A DNA stretch of 50,332 nt, from the NCBI GenBank assembly GCA_964016885.1, contig CAXHJY010001443.1, positions 1 through 50,332 on the forward strand. The letters run 5' to 3'. Positions 1 through 21,900 of the stretch are shown piece after piece; position 1 is the first letter of the stretch; each line of letters opens with the position of its first letter. The notes beneath the pieces were generated by a model. It searched no databases, was not told where the DNA came from, and saw only the letters and a list, made by a program, of their open reading frames with translations. The DNA comes from Eledone cirrhosa. Taxonomy: Eukaryota. A program made the position numbers and the translations under genes.

Positions 1-5630
<5,630 letters not shown>

Positions 5631-5822
5631 ATATGTAGATAAATCTACCAAGAGTTTACGGTAGTGTCCAATCCGTATGAAGAACTCAATGTATTCCGGA
5701 TATCATGGAAAGAAGAGATGTAATGAAAAACCACTTTCGGTGAAAGATAAACGGTATACAGAGTCAAGATAAAATATTAAACAAATAATGAATAAACAAT
5801 TCCTTATATTAAACAAAAAAAG

Positions 5823-5977
5823 TTCATTATTTAACGATCGTTTCTAGGATATATATGTGTTATAATTGGTATGCATATTCAACAGATCTATGTACAAAAT
5901 TATACAAAATTATACAAATTATCAAGATTAAATATACATACCAAACACATATATACGCCGTCTTCAGAAATAATGAA
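5823..5977 (-). ncRNA. Type I hammerhead ribozyme, family A (extended stem II), in PLE pLTR
   Basis: Minus strand: TTCATTATTT-CTGAAGA-[116 nt hairpin]-GAAAC-GATC-GTT-AAATAATGAA; 10-bp stem I, palindromic stem III. Confidence 0.82.
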
Positions 5978-6554
5978 GTATATTTATTGATAATAACAAC
6001 AATTCAAAATTTCAGTTCAAAATTGACCAATGAAAACACAAAGGGTTAAATGCAGTTCGGTGTGTGTATATACATGTAAAACCCTTACACATATTTTACA
6101 AAAATGTATGTATAATTTGTATACGCATACTAAAAGGATGGATGCAAATACAAAATTTCAAGGTTAATATCTCTGTAAGCTTACAATGCGCAGATAAGAT
6201 GCGCATTGATACTTATGGAGTCAAGTATATAAATATATTTTTTCATACTCACACATATCAGTACAATCACACATACACGCGCGTATATGCATAAATATAC
6301 ACATAACCACGAACATACAAACACACACACACCCCCACTCACATTTATATATGTGGATATAAAATCATAAGCACATGGATATTAATTCACTCACATAAAA
6401 CACTGGCACACACATTTTTAGATCAAGATACAGAAATTAGGTAGGAGGGGGGGGAGGGGTCAGTATTCAACTGTATGAGACGACTGCCTAATATAAATGT
6501 ATCTATAAATTAAGAAAAATAAAAAAATAAAACAATAAAATATAATAAATATAA

Positions 6555-6798
6555 TATAATATACATACACATACAGATATATACACATACATACATGTAC
6601 GCACACATAGAAATATTTACGCATACACACATACACACATACATATACAGTCATACACACACATACACTTACACGAACATACACATACACATATATAAAG
6701 ATATATATATACACACACACACACACGCAACATATACACACATACACATATATATAAAAAATAAATAATAAAGATATATACCCATATATATATACATA

Positions 6799-6832
<34 letters not shown>

Positions 6833-6911
6833 CATACACATACATCTAAATATACATACACATACATACACACATACATGTACATACATGTACATACATA
6901 TACGCACATCG

Positions 6912-6954
<43 letters not shown>

Positions 6955-7257
6955 TAGACATATAGATACATACACACACAACTTACATACACACATATAT
7001 ATATAGATGTATATTCATACATAGAATTAGATATATAATCATACATACATATGCACTTACTTATACTCATATATACAAATACATACGCATCCATATATGC
7101 GTATATACATAAAAAACACTACAACCTTACCTAACTCAGACATACAAATAAAAATAATAATAAAAAGGCATATGTATATACATACACACACGCATTAATA
7201 GAGATATATATATATATACACACATACATACACATATATATATATATATATATACAC

Positions 7258-7290
<33 letters not shown>

Positions 7291-7566
7291 TACACTCATA
7301 CATATATATATATATATATATACACATAGATATCCACACACTCATACCACCATAAATACACATACAAACACCCACATATATATATATATATATATATACA
7401 CACGTATATATATATATATATATATACACACACATAAAAAACAGACATGCACATATATATATATATTTTTTTACACTTATATATACACATATTATATAGA
7501 CATACACAACCTCACTTATACACACATACACATAAGTTATATTATAATAATAAAGAATAATATACA

Positions 7567-7611
<45 letters not shown>

Positions 7612-7700
7612 ATACATACATACACACACATACATACATATAAACATATACATACATAAATACACACATACGAATAAAGACATATATTCACACATAGACA

Positions 7701-7766
<66 letters not shown>

Positions 7767-8280
7767 CACACATACATATACACAGACACATATACACACT
7801 CACATATATATATATGTGTGTGTGCGCACATACACATATATACACACACACACACAAATACACCTAAACACATACATATGCATACGTGCACACACACACA
7901 TATATATCACATAGATACGAAGATAAACATATAAATAGAGAGACATACATATATATACAACACATACATACATACACACGCATATACATATACATATATA
8001 TATACATATATATATTCCCACATATACATGCATACACATATATACACATATATACACATACATACACATATACGTACACACATTCACATACACATACATA
8101 TATAATGCATATATACACACATATACATACATATACACACTCATATATACACACGCAATCTTACATTCATATTTGCATGCGCATATATGTATTTTTATAT
8201 TTAGATATAAATACCCAAACCTATATAGACACCTACCTACATATATATTCATACATAGACGCTTACAAATATAGATGATA
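6555..8280. repeat. Degenerate (CA/TA)n low-complexity tract inside the PLE 3' region
   Basis: Visible; its 6555-7020 part is copied in the inverted pLTR, so it travels with the element. Confidence 0.85.
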
Positions 8281-9449
8281 ATAGTATGGGGGAAAGGGGG
8301 GGTTTGGAGAAGGGGATCAAAGTAAATATATGTTTCAAGAAACATAGAATATTTTCCGTATCTTTATCCAATGTATGTTCTTACATATTTTCAGTGCTAG
8401 GAAATACGACAAACAAGAACTAAGGCAAAATCTATGCATCTCAAAATAAATAAGTATACCATTAATCATATGTTAACTAAACCAAAGATAGTCAACATAT
8501 TGATTTCTAAGGTGTAAATTAGTTAGGTTTATAATATTTGAAGCAGAATTTTGAAGTCAAACAGTAGTAGATTATTAATTACAGTATAACTAAATTAAAG
8601 TTAATAACGTTATGGTATCAATATTAGGAAATGAATTTAGTAATAGGGAAAAAAAGCCAAATAAAAATAAAATAAAGTATTACATCGGTAGTAGAATATA
8701 AATTATATGTTAACTAAATTAAAAATTATATATTTATTTCAATAGTATATGTTAATTAGGTATACAATACATAAAGCAGATACTGTATTTCATCAATAGC
8801 ATAATATAATTATATGCAAATAGAAATCAAAATTAATACGCATACATATACATATACATACACATACACATATACATACATATACACACATATATATATA
8901 TATATATATACATATATACACATATATACATACATACAGATACACATACACACACACACATACACATACACATATACATATACATATCTTTTTCAAAAAA
9001 TTGCATAGAACATATTAACTAGGTATATATCCAAAACACATCCCATTTTATGATTACATGACATTCTGCAATTCGTCTGTATAAGGATACTAATTTTAAG
9101 CAAATTAAAATTAAAATTTTTAGGTTGATTAAAACTAAAACCAAATAATAAATATATTTCTAAAATGTATATTAATTAGGTCTATAATACTAAAAATTAT
9201 TTCTCTGTCATTGGATACACGATATTGTTTAGTTATATTTTATCTGTAAAAGAGTTATAATAAAAGGTTTAAATAAATTAAAATTAATCTATAAATTAAA
9301 TTACTAAGTATATATTAGTAATATTTAAAGGTTTTTCACAATTTATGATTACATAATATTTTGTATTCTCATCTGTAATAAAATATTAATTAAATTAAAT
9401 TTATAGGTTAACTAACATTTAAATTAAATTAATTTCTAAAATAATGTTA

Positions 9450-11891
9450 TTAATTAGGTTTATAATATTTAAATGTTTTTTTTAGTTTATGATTACACGA
9501 TATAATTAATTCCTGTCGTTTATTTAATAAGATATCCTTAGACTTCATTATTTCAAATAGTTCTTGGGAACATAATCTACATTCATTTCTATTATTTTGA
9601 TAAGGGGTGGCTCTTTTGAGCACACTCCAGGTCAAATCATATTTTATATTCTTATTTTTATAACTATTGATTTTTTCTGCTAGAGATGTTGTATTAGCCA
9701 GTGCGGCATTTTTAAAACTATGCTTGTGGGTATTAAACCTTGTCTTAAAATTGTTAGAGGTAGCTCCTATATATGAGCAAATAGAATCTTTAGTTTTAAC
9801 ATTACATTTATAGACTATGTTGTTAACAAGACAATTCCCTTTTAATGGGCAGTTTGCTTTGTTTCTACAGTTACATCCTTTCGTTAATTCTGTATTTGAG
9901 GAGATATTATGGTTAATTTGATGTACTGGTGGTATACTTATGGTTTTCTTACATTTATATGCATTATATGCACTTATATTTTGTTTTATGTTATTTGTTG
10001 TAGAGTATGAGAATTTAACTGTAGACCTATTTAAGATTTGATGGTATTTGTGGTTTGGCGGGAAGTTTTTCTCAAGGATATAAAAAATTTTTTAGCAATA
10101 TTATCCTTAACTTGTAAATTAAAAGGAGCATTATACCAAGTAACCCGTCTATTACGGTTTCTATGTTGTTTATTATTTTTATTATTTTTATAGGTTGTAT
10201 CGTGATTTTTACTAGGAGGATTAATGTTAATGATCTCACCACAACTATTTTTAGTTATATTTGTAGATTTAGGTGTTTTATCTTTTTTATTAGGAGTTTT
10301 ATTATTAATATTTATTATAGTTGTATGATGAGTAGTTTTTTGAGGGTTACTATACTTTATATTAGAAGATTTAGTATTTTGGGGTATAGTGTGGGTGGCA
10401 TTTAGGTGTGTACTTTTCATTTGGTGTTTGTTGGTAATATTATGTTGTATGCTTTCAGTATTTTTAGTAGAAGGTATATACGCTAATCTATTTTTGTGGC
10501 CACTTCTATCTAGAGCTTCGTTATAGAAGGTCGCATTTTTATCAAATACATCTTGGTTAGAAGAAAGGTTAGAAATTCTAAGTGATATATTATATGCAAG
10601 GTTTTTAAGGATAGATTTAGGGTGATTAGATTGTGAGTGTATGTAATGTAAGTTTTGGTTAGGTTTATGGTAAGGTTGGTAGATACCCGTAGCTAAATCT
10701 AAAGTTATATCTAGGAAATTTACTACTTTACTTGTTTTTTCAAAAGTAATATTAAGATTATAATAGTCTTTAAGGAAAGTTCTAATATGTTTTTTGTTTT
10801 TTTCGATTTCTGAAAGGCTAAGGTTGTTAGAAAGAAGAAGACAGTCATCACGATATAAACCACCTTTGAGGTGGGGAAAAGAGGCATTTATGTTGAAAAG
10901 GAGAAAGAGGCCCACAAGATCAGTAATTTGGGCGGAATCGCTTGAACCCCATAGTAATATCAAAAAGATTACTGTATGTGTTTCTGGTCCAGTATTCATT
11001 CTGAAATTCAATAAGTGTTAGTCTAGCATGTGTAATAATGTTAATGTCATCCAAAGTTAAGTTAGATCTATTTTTAGCAAATATCAATGCTTTGTTCAGG
11101 AGTATAGGTGATATAGAAGAATAGTAATTATCTATATCAAATTGTAGGAAAGAAGCAGAAGATTTACACCTAATATTTTTAAACCAGTTAATTACCTGGG
11201 AGGTGTTTTCCCAGAGTGGTAAAATAACGTGTTTTCTTATTTGTGGGATGACTCTATCTAAAATTTTTTTGCTAATTATTCCAATATCTGATTTGGAGGG
11301 ACATATAAGTCTAATAGAAGGATTTGAGTTAAAGTTAGATTTGTGATCTTTCAGGTTGAAGTGTGGTCTTTTCAATGCCAAAGGTTCAGTTCTATCTTCA
11401 ATGTTTAGTTTTTTTACTATGTTGTGTGTTTTGTTGTTGATGTTGGTGAGTGACACATTATTAGATTTTTTATAATTTTTTCTGAGTTCTTTATATATGA
11501 ACTCGTTATAATGTTCAATATCCATATGATACAAGTTACCAGTTTTGTCCGAGTGGACATGGATTTTTTTAGACTTTTTTAGGTCCAATAGGGTAGAATC
11601 AAGGTCCTTTTGAAAGACGGATTTATACTTTTTAAATTTGAGGTGTTTAATTAAATTAAAAAGGTCTTTCTCGAAGTCTTCAAGTAAAAAGTTGTGTGGT
11701 GGATTCTTGTAAGTATTGAAATCATACATATATTTCCGATCTGCTTGTTTAGATTTTCTATCGAAGTGGTAGGCTCTCCATCTAACCCTTCTGATAAAAT
11801 TATTAGTTTTCTGAATCATAAGGAGTAAGAAGTCGTCCTTAGAAGGTATTGGTATGTTTTTTAAGGAGGTTCCTAAATATTGTTTTTCCAT
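9450..11891 (-). pseudogene. PLE (Naiad-like) RT + GIY-YIG endonuclease polyprotein, ~810 aa, two 1-nt frameshifts (~10947-10950 and ~10080)
   Basis: N-terminal SLKNIPIP, LKDHK..F..NP.IRLI.P.KS, FDIDNYYSSI, FDITMG/SSDSAQITDLVG, catalytic LYRDD, WYNAPF, then CNC..CPL..CL..IVY..YIG..FKTRF..H..SF and CRLC..E..LLNKRQE..SCNH. The three pieces join across homopolymer runs. Confidence 0.92.
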
Positions 11892-12086
11892 TGTGATATG
11901 GATGATGGACAATTGAAAGAGCTCAACTAAATGTATATGGGTTTACAAAATCATACATATATATATGTTTATACATAAATATAAAATTAATACACACATA
12001 CAGTACAAAAATACGAATATTTCCGTGAAAATAGGAGCAAAATTATGTAGATAAATCTACCAAGAGTTTACGGTAGTGTCCAATCC

Positions 12087-12152
12087 GTATGAATATACAT
12101 CTATATATATATGTGTGTATGTAAGTTGTGTGTGTATGTATCTATATGTCTA

Positions 12153-12193
<41 letters not shown>

Positions 12194-12272
12194 CGATGTG
12201 TGTATATGTATGTACATGTATGTACATGTATGTGTGTATGTATGTGTATGTATATTTAGATGTATGTGTGTG

Positions 12273-12313
<41 letters not shown>

Positions 12314-13339
12314 ATATATATATAGGTATATATCTTTATTATTTATTTTTTATATATATGTGTATGTGTGTATGTGTTGCGTGTGTGTGTGTGTGTATAT
12401 ATATATCTTTATATATGTGTATGTGTATGTTCGTGTAAGTGTATGTGTGTGTATGACTGTATATGTATGTGTGTATGTGTGTATGCGTAAATATTTCTAT
12501 GTGTGCGTACATGTATGTATGTGTATATATCTGTATGTGTATGTATATTATATTATATTTATTATATTTTATTGTTTTATTTTTTTATTTTTCTTAATTT
12601 ATAGATACATTTATATTAGGCAGTCGTCTCATACAGTTGAATACAGACCCCTTCCCCCCCCTCCTACCTAATTTCTGTATCTTGATCTAAAAATGTGTGT
12701 GCCAGTGTTTTATGTGAGTGAATTAATATCCATGTGCTTATGATTTTATATCCACATATATAAATGTGAGTGGGGGTGTGTGTGTGTTTGTATGTTCGTG
12801 GTTATGTGTATATTTATGCATTTACGCGCGTGTATGTGTGATTGTACTGATATGTGTGAGTATGAAAAAATATATTTATATACTTGACTCCATAAGTATC
12901 AATGCGCATCTTATCTGCGCATTGTAAGCTTACAGAGATATTAACCATGAAATTTTGTATTTGCATCCATCCTTTTAGTATGCGTATACAAATTATACAT
13001 ACATTTTTGTAAAATATGTGTAAGGGTTTTACATGTATATACACACACCGAACTGCATTTAACCCTTTGTGTTTTCATTGGTCAATTTTGAACTGAAATT
13101 TTGAATTGTTGTTATTATCAATAAATATACTTCATTATTTCTGAAGACGGCGTATATATGTGTTTGGTATGTATATTTAATCTTGATAATTTGTATAATT
13201 TTGTATAATTTTGTACATAGATCTGTTGAATATGCATACCAATTATAACACATATATATCCTAGAAACGATCGTTAAATAATGAACTTTTTTTGTTTAAT
13301 ATAAGGAATTGTTTATTCATTATTTGTTTAATATTTTAT
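12087..13339 (+). repeat. Inverted pLTR copy (~1.25 kb) of 5769-7020
   Basis: Near-identical reverse complement; mirror ORFs 5855-6049/13059-13253 and 6064-6294/12814-13044. Confidence 0.95.
13131..13285 (+). ncRNA. Type I hammerhead ribozyme, family A copy
   Basis: ttcattattt CTGAAGA (13141) ... GAAAC (13264) gatc GTT aaataatgaa. Confidence 0.82.
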
Positions 13340-15165
<1,826 letters not shown>

Positions 15166-15571
15166 ATAAAATATTAAACAAATAATGAATAAACAATTCC
15201 TTATATTAAACAAAAAAAGTTCATTATTTAACGATCGTTTCTAGGATATATATGTGTTAGAATTGGTATGCATATTCAACAGATCTATGTACAAAATTAT
15301 ACAAAATTATACAAATTATCAAGATTAAATATACATACCAAACACATATATACGCCGTCTTCAGAAATATTTCTGAAGACGGCGTATATATGTGTTTGGT
15401 ATGTATATTTAATCTTGATAATTTGTATAATTTTGTATAATTTTGTACATAGATCTGTTGAATATGCATACCAATTCTAACACATATATATCCTAGAAAC
15501 GATCGTTAAATAATGAACTTTTTTTGTTTAATATAAGGAATTGTTTATTCATTATTTGTTTAATATTTTAT
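15166..15571. repeat. Perfect spacer-less palindrome, 203-bp arms, centre 15368/15369, each arm carrying a family A hammerhead (15225-15369 -, 15368-15512 +)
   Basis: tcagaaat|atttctga; identical mirror ORFs 15257-15469(-) and 15268-15480(+). Confidence 0.96.
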
Positions 15572-15707
15572 CTTGACTCTGTATACCGTTTATCTTTCAC
15601 CGAAAGTGATTTTTCATTACATCTCTTCTTTCCATGATATCCGGAATACATTGAGTTCTTCATACGGATTGGACACTACCGTAAACTCTTGGTAGATTTA
15701 TCTACAT

Positions 15708-17155
<1,448 letters not shown>

Positions 17156-17997
17156 GGCTTGGCACTTGTTGGTATAAGACGTGGATTGTCGTCTCTCCGG
17201 ATTTGAAATTTTAATATTTTAAATCGACAGTAATCGGATTTATGTATGGTTTTAATTCTTCAGAGGACAAGGAAAACATACAAAAAAGATATGTTTTAGT
17301 GCTTTGACGCAATTATTTTGAAGTATATTTTACATATATTACCGTTTTGAACATGTTTATTTTCACTGTATGATTCATTCATAGGAGACAACACACGCAC
17401 GTGCTTTCTATTTTTGTTTGTCTACCATACAGAGCATTTTGGTTTAGCTTAAGCAATTTTGTATTAATTTTGATATATCTGAGTAACATAATTTAATTTG
17501 ATATAATCTTGTTTGATTTTGTATAATCTTATCTGTATTTGACCCGATTTCGGTGTTTCTTGTATGATATGCTGATATTACAATAACTCCGTATATTTGT
17601 AAACAGACATTTACATCGTGTATCTATATCTCTGTTTCCGGTTTCTACCATTCATTAATTTAAATTTAGATTTAAAAATTTATTTTTATATTTATGAACT
17701 GCAGTTGCTCACGCTCTCACGCTGTCTCTATCTCTCTCCTTCCTCTCTCTCTCTCTCTCTCTCTCTCCCTCTCTCTCTCTCGATCAACGAGCTCTCTTTC
17801 TCCCTCTCTCTAGATCAACGAGCTCTCTCTCTCTCTCTCTCTCTATCTATCTTCTCTCTCTCCCTCTGACCCCCCCCACTCTTCCCGCTATCTCTCTCGC
17901 TCCCCTCTTCTGTCTCCCCCTTTTCTTTTCTTTTCTTCTGTTTCTCTTTTTCTCTCGCTGGAGTTATATCTCTATCTCCCTCCCTCACTCTGTCCCT

Positions 17998-18048
17998 CTC
18001 TAACCTCTACTCTACACCTCCCACTGTCCCTCTTTCTCCTCTCCACAG
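17998..18048 (+). promoter_or_regulatory. Candidate 3' splice acceptor directly upstream of ORF1
   Basis: CTAAC at 18000-18004, pyrimidine tract, CACAG ending 18048, ATG at 18053. Confidence 0.45.
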
Positions 18049-18052
18049 CGAA

Positions 18053-18937
18053 ATGGACTGCATGCAGGAAAAATGGGAAAAATGTGAAATCAGGAGTCAG
18101 CGAAACTGGTCGAAGATTGAACTAGCGGTTTTGATCAAGGGGTGGACTATGGCTGATGGGTCTCCACCAAGCAAAAAGATGGCGGAGAACCTGAAGAGCC
18201 ATGGGTTTATGAGGACCCTGGTACAGATAGAGAGAAAGAGAAAAGAAATTGAGAAGGCGTATGTCCTCATAGCGCCTCATATGGCGATGCTAAGCCGTGT
18301 CCTCAGGGAGGAGAAAACCGAAGGGAGGGATGAGGAGAAGGAGAGGGAAAAGGAAGAGGAAAAAGAAAGGGAAAAAGAAAAGGAGGAGAGCACAAGCACG
18401 GACCTGAAAGAAAATGATATACCCTCCGCTACAGGCAGGGAGGGCAGGCCAGGCAACCAACAAGCTAAGGGCAAAGGTGAAAAGCGAAATCACCTTCCGA
18501 ATTAGAACCAAGCGCAGAGGGACCAGTGGACAACTGTTCAAAGAAAGAACAGAAAGCACCGAGACACTGGGAGCAAAAAACCCCAAGTAATGTGCAAGTT
18601 TTTCAAGAACGGGACATGCTGGCATGGAGAGACAGGGATGGGATGCAGATTCGCCCACCCTAGGTCTCAAACGAACTATGCCCATCATACTCGCGCAACA
18701 TGCCCCAGCCAAAGCCGAAATAAGCCGCTCCAGAAGTATGCTGATGTCGCGCGTGCTGCACCAACAAGGAGAAGGCACGCACATGCCGACGAGATACAGA
18801 TGGCAGCAGCAGATCAGAAAAACTTTTTAGTGATGGCAGAGAAGATTGTGGGACAGCTGACCTGGCTGCATCGTCTCCAGAGCCAGGGTCATCCACACCA
18901 GCACTCGAGACCACCGCAGTTAAGGGACCCAGAGTGA
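18053..18937 (+). CDS. LINE ORF1 (Myb/SANT-like N-terminus, acidic/basic linker, CCCH zinc finger); one in-frame TAG at 18503-18505
   Basis: ORFs 18053-18505 and 18590-18937 are in the same frame, and the sequence between them is open after the TAG; motifs RNWSKIELAVLIKGW..KMAENLKSHGFMRTLVQIERKRKEIEKAY and CKFFKNGTCWHGETGMGCRFAH. Confidence 0.75.
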
Positions 18938-21900
18938 CCGCCGCTGACACCAGACCAGGTGTCATACCGACAGCCATTACTGGCACCCCAAAAGTCACAC
19001 CAGTGCTGCTGCTGAATGTCAGGGGCCTGGTGAAACTCAGCAACATGAGTAAAATTTCCTACCTGGGAGACTTAGCCATAAGCAATCAAGCACTATGCAT
19101 GGCACTAACCGAAACGCACCTGACAAGCAGTATAGCAGATGCAGAAATACATATACCGAAATATACTGTATTTCGTTCGGACAGGAAGGAGAGAACTCAT
19201 GGTGGGGTTGCTCTGTATATCCGTGAAGATGTCACACCAATTGTACTGTTGACACATTCAAACTCAGTCTGTGACACACTGATAATACATATGAAGCAAC
19301 TACAGACGGTAATATGTGTCACATATCGGCCGCCCGATGCCCCCAGTCATGAGGGTAAATTTGAGGATAGCCTAAGTAGGATAGAAGAGGTCCTTGACAA
19401 ACTGGACCAGGGTCTCAACATCCTACTGCTGGGAGACTTCAACCTACCAAAGGTCAAATGGCCTGAGGGCCACCTCCTCCCTGGAATGACGTCAATAGAA
19501 CAGAGACAGACGGAATCCCTGCTGGCCCTCACACACAGGCTGTTCATGGAGCAAGCAATACTCCTCCCAACAAGAGGTGAAAATGTCCTGGACCTCTGTT
19601 TTACAAACAACGAAGTGCTCATCCACAATGTAAAGGTGACACCAACAATTCTCTCGGATCATAACTTGGTAGAGCTAATGATATGTGGTCCAAGAGAACC
19701 AACAGAGACAAAACCACCAAGAAGCTCCGGGACGCTATCCAGCCTTAACTTCTACGGGGCTGACTGGAAGAAGATTAAGAGTGAAATCCGGAAGCAAACA
19801 TGGAGTGCAAACATCGCCACACAAGACACTAACACACAATTTCAACACTTCATGACAACGATACACACCATATGCAAAAAGTGTGTCCCGGAGAAAGAGG
19901 CAAACAGACACAAAAATCTTATTCCCAGAGATAGGAAAATCCTTATGAGACGTAGAACTAAACTCTCAAACCAGTTGAATAGTCAACAAAACCAAAACAA
20001 GAAGGAATCCTATTTGAAACGTGCACTACTTGACACCGAGATTGCAATCAAGCTTTCACATGAGAATGAGAGGGCAAGGAAAGAGAACAGGGCCATAGAA
20101 AACATTAAAACAGACCCTAAGGCCTTCTTTAAATTTGCAAAAGAAACTGCCTCAGTACACTGCAAGATTGGACCACTCTTCCACACGGACGGTTCATTAA
20201 CCGAAAATCCCCAAGAGATATGTGAAATACTGAACGAACAGTACAAAAGTGTCTTCACATGTCCACTGAGGCACATGCAAATAACGAAGCCAGAGGAGTT
20301 CTTTGATGCCACAACACTACATCAAGAAATGGCAACCATCAACCACATAGACATAACGGAGGAGGATGTGGTGTACGCCATTGATGAAATTAGAACAGAC
20401 TCGGCTGCTGGACCTGATGGATTCCCAGCAGTTCTCCTAAAAATATGTAAGCGGGCCTTAGCAACTCCACTGAAGATGCTCTTCAGAAGCTCCTTGGCTA
20501 GCGGTGTACTACCCAGGGAGCTGAAAGAAGGCACAATATGCCCTATCCATAAAGGAGGTAGTAGAGCGGAGGCCAAGAACTATAGGCCAGTCTCCCTGAC
20601 GTCGCATATCAGTAAGGTCATGGAGCGAGTCGTCAGAAAGAAACTAATCACTTTCCTCGAAGAAAATGACCGCCTGACTAGCACGCAACATGGCTTCCGC
20701 CCAGGAAGAAGCTGCCTTACACAGCTGCTACATCACTACGACTGGGTACTGAGACAACTACTAGACAGCTCACATGTAGACGTGATATATCTTGACTTTG
20801 CGAAGGCCTTTGACAAGGTCGACCACGGAATGATATGTCACAAACTACACGGACTCGGCATAACTGGAAAAGTAGGTGAGTGGCTGCATGGCTTCCTGAG
20901 GGACAGAAGCCAGGCAGTCGCAGCAAATGGGGCCCTATCGAGGGAAACACCGATAACAAGTGGGGTGCCTCAGGGGACAGTCCTGGGACCACTACTGTTT
21001 TTGGTGGCTCTCTCGGACATGCCCTCTGTGGTGCATGCAACAACATCCCTCACTAGCTATGCTGATGACACTAAGGTAGCACAGGCAATCAAAAACCCGG
21101 CTGACGCTGCCCTCTTACAGCAGGATCTGGATGCCATATACAGATGGGCGGAAGAAAACAACATGCAGTTTAATGCTGGCAAATTCCAAGCCCTACAATA
21201 CAAACCTGCAAACACAAACACAAATATAGCGGAACACAGCTACACAGGACCAGGAGGGACCGATATCCCCGTGTCAAAATCGATACGAGACCTGGGCATA
21301 GACATGAGCGATGATGCATCTTTTTCTTCACACATCATGAAGGTGGCGACAGCATGTAGACGATTCGCTGGCTGGATCTTGAGGACTTTCCTTACAAGAG
21401 ATCGAGACACCATGTTGACACTGTGGAGGACTTTTGTCCTAAGCCGCCTGGACTACTGCTCCCAGCTGTGGTCACCCCATAGTGTCAAACTAACCACAGA
21501 GCTTGAGGCAATCCAGCGAAGCTACACCAAGAGGATTGCCAAGATGAGGGAGACAAGCTACTGGGAGAGGCTGAAGGAACTGAACCTCTACTCCTTGGAG
21601 CGAAGACGGGAGAGATACGCAGTGGTCTACATGTGGAAAATCCTGGAGGGACTAGCACCAAACTTTGGCATTGGGAGCTGGACCAACCGTCGAACAGGAC
21701 GTCACTGTCTGGTGCCAAAGGTCCCGTCTTCCACATCTAGAATAAGGAGCAGGTATTGCAATAGCCTGGGATTCAAGGGCTCTCAACTCTTCAACAGGCT
21801 GCCGAGGCATCTGCGAGACTTGCATGACGTGGAGGTGGATGTCTTTAAGAAACATCTCGACACCTTGTTATCCAGGATCCCGGATGAACCCACAGCAAGA

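Noticed and set aside
17190-17272. Possible minus-strand hammerhead (TTGTC-CT-CTGAAGA ... GAGAC-GACAA)
   Set aside because: No GAAA, no stem III or cleavage triplet, and no convincing stem II
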